Shown: piece by piece, positions 13,125 to 23,010 of the stretch
Numbering within the stretch: position 1 is the stretch's first letter
How the letters are laid out: every line of letters starts with the position of its first letter
NCBI GenBank assembly: GCA_964106915.2
Contig: OZ066918.1
Length of the DNA stretch: 64,000 bases
From: Podarcis gaigeae
Lineage: Eukaryota
Strand: one strand, 5' to 3'
Notes under the pieces: model-generated
Seen by the model: only the letters and a program-made list of their open reading frames with translations
Database searches by the model: none
Told to the model about the DNA's origin: nothing
Translations under genes and position numbers: made by a program

Positions 13125-13589
13125 CTCTGAGCACTGCAATTCCAGGACTAGTGGGGAATTTACTTTTCAAATGTAAATGAATAATAATATTAATAATAAT
13201 AATTTATTTATATCCTGCCCTCCCTGCCCAGGGCCAGGCTCAGGGTAGCTAACACCAAATATAAATGACAATAAAACATAATAGGAGGCAGGACAGTTAA
13301 TTAAAATACAGCTTAAAATGCAGCCTCATTTTAGTAGTAGCCATAAATCAAGACCATAAAGGGAGGAAACATCAGATATGAAGTAGTAGAGCACTTACTT
13401 GCTTTGAATGCAAAAGGTCCCCAGGTCAAACCCTTGCAGGACCAGGTACAGATCTCTGTATGAATCCCTGGAGAGTCACTGTCAGTGTGTAGACAGTCCT
13501 GAACTAGGTGAATCACTGGGGCTCCTCAGCACCTTCCCATATTCCCAAAATAAATGTCAGTTTGAACAGGACTGTTCCTCCCCAATGCA

Positions 13590-14230
13590 GAATGATACGA
13601 TATCCCGAGCCACCATGTGGCTTTAGAGCTCAGAGATCAACATCAGAGCCAGTATGGTGTAGTGGTTAAGAGCGGTAGTTTCGTAATCTGGGGAACCGGG
13701 TTCGTGTCTCCGCTCCTCCACATGCAGCTGCTGGGTGACCTTGGGCTAGTCACACTTCTCTGAAGTCTCTCAGCCCCACTCACCTCACAGAGTGTTTGTT
13801 GTGGGGGAGGAAGGGAAAGGAGAATGTTAGCCGCTTTGAGACTCCTTAAAGGGAGTGAAAGGCGGGATATCAAATCCAAACTCCTCTTCTCTTCTTCTTC
13901 TTCACTGCACCAGTTGTGGGAGAAATGCTGGGAGCAAACATGCCCCTTGTACACTGCCATGATAGACTTGATGCCTAAGCTCTACAAGATGATTGCATCT
14001 TTTCAGAAGAACATATGCAGCACTGTCCAGTATGTTGGTTCATCCTTGGACACCTTCCCTAGAAAGAGAGGCATGAAACAAGGCTGTGTCTCAACTCTCT
14101 TTGACATATCCTCCTCCCTGCTGCTCTCATATGGTACACTTCTTCCATTGCCTCTTGAGACAGACAGATGCCAATAATAGGATTTCACTGAATAATCCAT
14201 TGAAGGAATATTTAAGACCCTGGCAACGCT
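13590..14230 (+). mobile_element. RTE-clade LINE RT fragment interrupted by a SINE
   Basis: Translation PEPPCGFRAQRST (13590-13643) ... QLWEKCWEQTCPLYTAMIDL...GMKQGCVSTLF (13904 onward) matches the RTE RT motif PESQCGFR..RST.DMIF.LRQLQEKC.EQ..PLY.AFIDL...GVKQGC. Confidence 0.75.
13645..13903 (+). mobile_element. tRNA-derived Ther1/MIR-like SINE (Squam3-type) with (CTT)n tail
   Basis: A box TGGTGTAGTGG, B box GGTTCGTGTCT, CORE-like GGGTGACCTTGGGCTAGTCAC...CTCAGCCCCACTCACCTCACAG, and a CTT-repeat tail. Confidence 0.82.
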
Positions 14231-14559
14231 TCTTACACTCAATGTGACACAATTGCAAACAGCGTCATTATTTATTTTCTCCTTGTTGCTATTTAAGCTC
14301 CTTAACAGACTCTCCAGTATTTTGTCACCTGAAACTAAACGTGCTCCTTTTGTATTACAAAGACTTGTGTTTACACATAAGACAGTTTCTGATCTATTGT
14401 GGTGAGTTGTGACTTAGTAGCTGGCTGGTAGGGATGCCATATGTCCTTTTTTTCCACGGGTAGTTTCGTTAAATTATGGTCCCATTATTTTGAACTCACT
14501 GGCCTTACTGGCACAGCATTAGCAACAGGTACCTTGAAAACACCTGCTTATCAAGGCCG

Positions 14560-15600
14560 AAAGCATCAACGAGTGGGATTACACAGCGCTAAACTGCACA
14601 CTCGGCCTTGGAAGGCTTTCCTTCTGCGCATGCGCCCCGCCATCTCGCTCCCTGGACCTAAACGGCTGTCGCCCCATTCTCCTCCGCGGCGCATGCGTCA
14701 CGCTCTGCACCTAGGCGACGCGAGCGAAATTCTCGTCCCCGGCGCAGCGTGTCCTCGCGATACGTCCGCCCGCGACGCCATCCTGTCTGCCTCAGCTGCG
14801 CAGCTTGCTAGTCAGCCGCCCGTTAGGCGCGCTTCCTTGTTCTTTTGTGGGGGAGTCTCAGCCCTGCCGTTAGCGCCGACCGCCTGGGGAAGTGGGTGAG
14901 GTGTTGCCGGTGAGTGGGGTGGCGGGGGAGAGAGGTCGGGCAACTCCGTCGCCAATGCGCCGGGAAAGTACGAGCCGAGGTGGGCGGACCCGCCTTCTCG
15001 GCTCCCTGAGAAATTCAGCCTTGGGTCAGGTGGCGGGATAAACGGGGGAGGGAAGGGAAGGGTTAAGCGGTGGCTTCCGCGCGCGAGAGAGAGCGAGGGT
15101 TCTATTCTCTCCGTCCGCCATTTTGAATGTGGCGGTGATTTGGCGGGGGAAGGGGGGGGAGAGCGGAGGCGGCGCGCCAGGGAGGCGACTGGCTCGCCTG
15201 CCGGTGGCCGAGGTGCCCTTCAGCCTGGGGCTGGCGCTCGTGGCCCAACGGCTCGCCGGGAACGGCGGCTTGGCAGCTAACAGCACTAGTGCAGCCAAGG
15301 GAGCGAGGGTAGGGACGACAGATCAACGGCATCCCGGGCCTGACAAAAAGAGGCACGGGGACGCCTTCCTTTGGCTGTTTTAACCGGCGGAGATTTACTC
15401 TTCCCCTCCCCCCCTTTCTGAGAGCGGGCATTCTTTGATCTGCCACGCCCCCTCTGCCCAAGGTAGTTCACGCCTGCGCGATGAGTCTGTGCATGTCGGG
15501 CAAGGATTTGATCGTAGTGTTGTAGCGCTGTTGATAGTTGGGGGGAGTTTCCTGTGCCGGCTCCCCCGCCCCCCGCCTCGCCATGCTCACTCATGACGAG
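14560..15600. promoter_or_regulatory. CpG-island bidirectional promoter for PBLD (-) and HNRNPH3 (+)
   Basis: High GC and CpG content between divergent genes. NRF1 sites TGCGCATGCGC (14625-14635) and GCGCATGCGT (14689-14698), a TCTCGCGAGA-like element at about 14753, and a YY1 site CCGCCATTTT (15115-15124). Confidence 0.85.
14770..14909 (+). other. HNRNPH3: Probable non-coding exon 1 of HNRNPH3
   Basis: Consensus donor CCG|GTGAGT at 14909/14910 inside the CpG island. The transcription start position is approximate. Confidence 0.6.
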
Positions 15601-18600
15601 ATGTAAAGAGATTGACTGCTCAGCTGCTTGGGAAAGAGCCCCATTGTAGTCCTTGGGAATTACATCCGAGAAAACGCACGTAGTAGCATTTAAGCTTGGG
15701 TAAGAGGGTAAATTTCATTCATCACTTAGATTAAATCAGAAAGTGCTAGTAAAACTAAGGCTAAATCGGTGCAACGTTGCAACCATCACAGTTAGTGGCA
15801 ATACCGTACTGAAAGCCATTGTGATTTAAGATTCATAATAAGTGCAGGGGTGGCAGTTCTTCACTTTGTCTAACGCAACATATTTCTGTGTATCAGCCAA
15901 AATACACTTAGGTTGATTGTAAATGAGCCATTTGACCTAGGTCATTTCTACAGCTAATCTACTTTTGAAAACAGAAATAAGGTAAAGGATAGGGTAGGTA
16001 AAGTAATCGCTGTACAAGACACTTGAAATACATAGATGCTTACATGGACATATTTTGAACATGTTCAGAAATGACAGTACTAAAGTCATTTATGTCAAGA
16101 AATCATGTCCTTTGGGTTCATACCTACATAGGTTCTGTTACAGTTTTGGGAAACATAGCTTCTCTCACTTAGTTTGGTTTTTATAGTGAATATTAATATA
16201 TCTATAAAAGATGGTTCCAGGGCAATAAAAAAAGTAATACCTCTATTTCCCCAATGATACATATCTTTCATGCAGTGGGATTTTTTTACAATGGAAAGAT
16301 TTCCAAATGTGCCACTAGATAACTTAGGCTGCAATTGGATGCACAGTTATATGGAAGTAAGTTCCACAGAACACACTGGGACTTATGAGTAAACATGCAC
16401 AGGATCATACTGTTAGTTTTCTCTAATTTAATTGCATTACTTTGATAAATAATATTTGGCTTAACTACTGTTAAGACTATGCAGAGGTCTTCAAGCAGAA
16501 AGTATTATTTTTTGTTGTTTGAAGAACTTTCTCAGTTTTAAAAACTTTCATACACTAGCATGCAAATGTTGTTCCATGAGAGATTACCTTACATACTATT
16601 GTGCGGGATCATATGGCAATATATCAGTTATCTTGTTCTGTAAATCTGGTCCAATTTCTGTGTAGTTCAGAATCCTAGAATTAAAAATGAAAAGCAGACT
16701 AATGCCGGTAGGTGCTAAAAGAGGGAAATGCTTACTAGTGTTGTTTACTAGCATCTCCATTTTGCTCCTGTTTACCATATTGAAATATGGGCTCTCTGGC
16801 TTATTGTATCCAAATTCTAAAGTCTCTCTGCATGATTCAATCACTGTTCTGTCCCTAGGATAAAAGGAAATCTGCACAATTCTGTGCACTGCAGGTTATC
16901 TTAAAGCACATAGTGGAGGCTACAGGTTATAGTGGTGCTGTTCTTGACAGTAGCAGCTTAGGTGGATTTTTAGGATTAGCCTGCAAGAGAACTTTTTGAG
17001 GGGAAAAACACCTGGAGTTTCATACTGGATGGTTGTGGTTGTTAAAGATAAAGCTCATCTTTCATCTTTTTCAAGCAGGAAGCATAGGAAAGCTGCACCC
17101 TTCTTTTCCAGAAGAGGTATAATCACTTCCAGACTACAAGATTGATGTTCTGGCAGCTTAGACAGCGAGCATGACAACAACCATATGCTTGCATAGGAGT
17201 AAATTCCATTTAAAACAGTGGGATTTACACCTAAATAAACATACAAAGGATTGCACTGATCAGTAGATGTAAAACGCAAATGTACAATAGTCTGGGGGCA
17301 AAGGTATAGAATTTGGTGAACTAGAGTTATACCTTTTTCTGAAAAGGTAAGCCATGCACCAGGAAGAGAAGGAATAAACCAAACATTGTTAAGTACAGAA
17401 TGGGATTTTCATAAAATTTTGAGTTGGATAATTGGAACTTGCGACAAAATTTTGCAGTGCAGAGTGTTCCAGCCACTCTCTTCCACCCCCCAGTTTTCCC
17501 TTCCCAGCAATTGGTCAGCATTCTATACACAGTTTATCTCCCCTGAGGTGGTGGTGGTGGCTTTGTACTTTTACAAACCTCAGGGTTTTCCTGAGGATAC
17601 TAATGCCTGCCTTGGGTAGTGCCATTCTGGCTACATAAGGGCCAGCACTCATAACACTGTTAGTTTATTTTTAATGTGATGTTAATTTTAAATGTATAAA
17701 TACCTGCAAACTGCTTTGAGGTGGCAAAATTACCTGAACTGAAATATTTTAGTACAGAAAAACATGCAATAAAGTGCATATAGTGTAATCATAAAAATGT
17801 CTACTAAGAAGTGAGTCCCATTGAGTGTGGGAATGTTGAGGGTGGCAGGGGAGATATATTGTTTATTAATATCCTTCCTAACTTGCGCTAGCAAGTTTCT
17901 TCACTTAGAGTGCATTCCCTGTCTCACACAGCAGAAAGCTGGTTTCAAACTCGTGTGAGTTTCTTAAGACAATAAGCAATTCAATCTGGCTTGTCCAGAT
18001 TGAGATATGTTGTAATATTCCTGGTAAGACCCCTTTTGAATCCCTCCTAAAAGAATAAAGACACCACAGTCTTATTCGTAAGAATTCGTAAAAAGTAGTT
18101 TTACTGATGATCAGGCAGAACACAGTGTGATCCCTGAAGGCAGGCTTTAGGCTTAAAGTTACAAACACGTACAGACAAGTTTACCCCATATGGGAGATAA
18201 CCTGGGGAACTGCTGTGGCAGCCAGCAGTCCAGTCCAGGTGATGCAGAAAGCACGAACAGGAATGTCGAAAAGAGGAAGGTAGCAGCGTGACTTGGCCTT
18301 TTATCAGGTCTGGAGAGGTCATGCCCACATACTAGTCACATGCAAGGAAGGATGCTCCAGGCCAGGAAGCTTCAACTGGCTGGACCAAACAGTCCCTTGC
18401 ATGTCCACTCTAGCAAAACAAGGAATGTTGTACTTGACTGCTCCCAGTGGATTACATCCCACATTGAGTTCAGTGTAGCTCCGTTAAGTAGTACAATATA
18501 GGGTTGCAAACTTACTGTGGTTAAGACTGCAGTCCTGTCACTGAGACATATTTTTGAGTAGACTCATAAGCTTTACTTGAAAATTGCACTCATAAGCTTT

Positions 18601-21600
18601 ACTTGAAAATTATTTTTATTGGAATACTTCTAAATATTTTAAGACATGACAATTCAGTATTATTTAGATTTTATTTCGGCCTGGGAAAACAAATACATTG
18701 AAAACAGTTAACTTACTAATTGTAGATTGCTTGAAGAAAAACATTTGCTTCCTAGGAGTAACAGCTGGAAAAAGTTAACCACTGTTTTGATTTTAGAATT
18801 GACTCTTTTTTATATGCATTTCAAATTGACTTGTGTTTTGTTCATTCATTATGTCACTAATTGTTTTGTGAAACAATGCATTTTTCAAAGTGGAAAACTT
18901 TCAACAGAAAAATATACTAGTGGAAACCTTTTCTATTTAAAAGGGAAAAATTCCAGTTCACCTCACTAAGTACTTAAGCGTATTAGCATTGCGAGCCCTA
19001 AACAGAACAGGACAACAGAGGATTGCGGGAAAGAAAGGGTTTGTAACCTAGGAGTACCAGTTCTTTTCTTCTGCTCCTCTGTGTTTATTTTTAGAAATAT
19101 TTAAGCTATTATACTTCTGTTGGTTTTTATAACTGATAGGCACTTTGCAGATCACTTGTTGAAAAGCTGGGTAAGAAACACTGTAAGCAAATAATATATG
19201 ACTCCAACCCCTAGGATTTGGAAACAGTAAAGTGCTCTCCCAACATAAAAAAATAAAATGTAATAGTGATGACTTATTTCTTTGAGCTGGTGCGAAAGAG
19301 CATGTTATTTTCAACTGTCCAAGAGTAGTGTCTCCAAGTCAGGAGTCTTCTGTTGTTTCAGAATGTTTTTCAGCACCTTTACCAAACTGGGACTGAGGTT
19401 TTATTCCTTTTGCTGCATTTACTTCTATAATACAGTATCAGCCAATTGGCTGAAGTGAATTTGAGTACTTGCACCTAAACCCTCCCCCAAGGATTCCTCT
19501 GTCTGTATAATATGTCCCATTGTGAGCAATTAAAAAATCTAGGGCTCACCTTGCTCTAATGAAAGATGTGAAAAAAACTGTTAACTGGTGCCATTGCTGA
19601 AACTTGTGAAGACTGAAGGCACTACCACTAGGAATACAGTCCTGAGCAAAAGCTCATTGAAGGGGTACTTGGTCATGGGTTCAAATAAAGGTCCCATAAA
19701 AATCTGTAAAGGGTATATTTAGCTGTCATATTAGAACAATCTTGTTAGAATAGTTAAGTTGGAGGATATTCTGCTCATTTTTTTCTCCATTCAAACTGAA
19801 CCATGGTTTGTAATAGAATACTGAGCCCTGAAATAGATTTATGGGGAACCACGGAGTTGTATCTATCTGTTAGTGGAGATCTATGTGCTCTGGCTATATG
19901 GGGCTTTTAGCTCTGTTCTCTCCTTGCTGCATTTTTTGATTGATTCAGCCTTTGGAAATCAGAAAACAGTGCAAGGAGAGACTCTAGGAAATAAGAGAAA
20001 TGGAGGGCAGGATATGCATAGCCGTCTTCTTGGCCACTACTTCTGCTGTGTAGAGGAGCTGGTGAATAATCTGTTGATATTGTGGGTCAGTTGAGGTGTG
20101 AAGAGGTTCAGAACCAATTGACTCTGTGTCCATAATTCGTTGGATAGGTGTTTCCCAAAGAACCACTCCACTTTTATAGTGACCTTGTACTTCAAGAAGA
20201 ATTTTTTTAAAAGCAAGGTTCCCACTAGTTTGTGCTTTGTAGAACATATCTGTGCTGTCTTCCTGCTTCATTTGGCTATGTGAGGCTAGCCTATTTTATG
20301 CAGATCTGCTGTAGTTTCATTATCAGTTGGCCCTTGTATAGATTAAAAATGATTTGTCCACCAGAAAAGAGAAACACCTAAATGACCAGTACAGGTCACT
20401 TCCTGACTGCTTGGTTATGGAAATTTAGCAGGAACCACTGCAGGGTTATTGCATAATTTCTGGCCGGACTTCATGTAGAATACTGTCAGGCTCGTAAGTT
20501 ATGCTCTGATGGGTATGGAGAGAGGAAGACATTTAGGGTTAAGCTAAAGACCCATTTGGCTGTGGTTAGGAGACTTCCAGTATTTGTTGAATCACTTGAA
20601 GCTTCCTGATGTGCAACTGACAGCTTTGTCTCTAAGGCTATCCCTGCCCCTGGACCTCTCTTGGTCTGGATACTGGGAACAAATGGAAGGATGAGTGTAA
20701 TGTTAATTTACCACTTGGGAGGCATTTCCTGCTTGAGTTGAAAAAGAAATGCCTTTTTCTTATCCTTGGTCTCTCCTAGGAAGAATGTGTTCAAATGGGT
20801 CTCTAAGCAGATTTTCACCTTCCAAGTGGCTATGTCAAACTTCAGTTTCAGATCCATAGTCTCCTAATGTAGACAGAAAAGGAGACATAGTAAGCAATAG
20901 ACGTGAAAAATAATTGCAGAGGCCTTCTCTGCAGTGAATTCCTTAATGAAGGGTTTGGTTATCATGGGATGGGGAGATATAAATGTAACTGTCAGCCCAT
21001 TGATGCATTAGAGAATGTTGTAACTGGGATGGCTGAGAAGGACACCTCATGGGACTTCCATGGGGCAAACTCTTCTCTGGCATCTGCTCTAGTAGGGCTG
21101 GTAAATTATCCCTCCCTAGGGTTGCTCCATTCCTTGCTCATTGATTGGTCAAAAAGGCTTGGGTTAGAAATGGGCATGCTTTCCTCTCTTGCTATGGGGA
21201 GCACACTGGATTTTTAGTTTCAGGCTTTTCTTCTTGTTCCTACTGCTGAAGATTTTAAGCAGCTTTTACTAAAGGACTGAGGAGGAACATCCAATTCAAA
21301 TAGGTGCTCCTGCCAGTAATTGATTGCAACATTCTCTTCCTCAATGATTTACTTTGTCAGATGCTGCAGAAGCAGAGCAGAGGTTGGGGCTGGATTTGAG
21401 GTGCACAGGAGCAAAAGGCTTGCTAGCTGCAGGACTTGCCCAGTTTTGAGGGGAATAGATTGTAGAAATTGTATTGCTGCTGGAACAGCTTTGGCTTCAG
21501 TAATGGCAGTTGTGACTTTGTCTGCTTTTTCACTGTCTTACCTTTGCTGTGCTGCCTGTTGGGATATATCCTTAGCTAAGACCATCTTCCCCATGAAAGC

Positions 21601-23010
21601 ATGAGGTTCTGAGATGGCACTTGCAGTGTGCCATTTGGCCTCCCTGTGCTTAAAAGAAGGAATTTCTTGCATGTCGTCAGACCTTCTGTGTGTGAGAGCG
21701 AGCAGACCCAATAATGCCCCTTTCCCTTTTGAAAAGTTTTTTCCTCAGATGTGTACAATGGGGAATTCAGTTATTTGTTAGGAATTAGTCTTTTTTCAGG
21801 TAGTGGGGAGGAATGGGAGAAAACTTCTTACATTGGCTTCTGTAGGACTCCAGGCTTGCATCAGAGTCCTATCTGTTCTTAGGCAGGACTTGACTAAGCT
21901 GGGGAAGATGTGCCTTCCTATAGTAGTAGAGTGAGTTTCAACCTAAATTAAATGGTTCTTCCCCATCAACTGGCAACTAATATAAACTTAAATTATTTTA
22001 TAATCATTACAGCTTCTTAGTGAGTTGAACTACATCATTTTTGGAGAATTTATATTACATTTGAGGTTTTCATAGTATGCATCTCCAAGTTGCATCATGA
22101 ATGAGTCCCACTGTAGTAGTGTCCTTTCAGAATTTCCCAAAACATAAATGCCTGTAGTTCCTAATTCCTGCCCTATTTACTAGTACTCCATTTTTAAATT
22201 AATTTTATTTATTAAAATATACCTTACCTTTTCACATTGAAAAAGTGTGCATGGCAGCTTTAAAGTCCTGTGAAAAATAAACGTTTGGCTTGCCTCTCTA
22301 CTTTGCTGTCATTCTGTCTTGCTGGTCATTCTATCTTGTGTACCACCACCCCCCACTCCACTTTCCCACTTTACTGAATTTTATCCTGTGCTCATTAACC
22401 CCCATGCCTTGCTTCCCATTCACTGCCTCTCTTAGTTGTCAGAACTCCTGATTCTGTGAATCTCTACAGGAATATTGCCTTGGCTCTTCTAGCTGGCATT
22501 GGAGGGAGATGTGGAAGTGGCTTGTGTGCTAACAGTGGAGAGAAGTGTGCATGTTAGTAGTCCTTATGCATTTTAGAAAATAGTTCAATGGCTTAACCAG
22601 CCTGCAGCACTATGAATTAAAGAATAGCATCGATTGCAATGATTGGTTATATGTACTGATTGGGCCAGTGCATGGCTGAGCTAATGTGAGAGATTTTGGG
22701 GAGTCATTTGCACTTTTCCAAGCAGTAGAATTTGTCTTCATAGATAGTGCATCTCTTTTGAGAACCTGAGGTATTGAGAGTAGATATGTGGCAGGCTGCA
22801 TGAGCAGGTCATGCTAGTTGTACTGAATGAGTTCTAGACAACGGCAGTTGTAACTTACCACAGCATTATGCTTCAATCAATGTCTGAGCATGTTTCAAGA
22901 TACTGCTAATGAATACAGTCCTGCTTAGGAAGGGGTGGGGGTGAATCATGATTCTCAAATGCTAAATTTGCTGTTTATGTTTTTTATGGTGTTTGATTTT
23001 AAACAGCAAA

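Noticed and set aside
14441-15594. Several 86-152 aa ORFs in the PBLD/HNRNPH3 CpG island
   Set aside because: GC-rich promoter DNA is depleted in stop codons. The peptides are Pro/Arg/Ala-rich with no recognisable domain.
18562-18611. 24-bp tandem duplication (a similar 18-bp one lies at 7516-7552)
   Set aside because: Ordinary local slippage duplications in introns with no functional hint.
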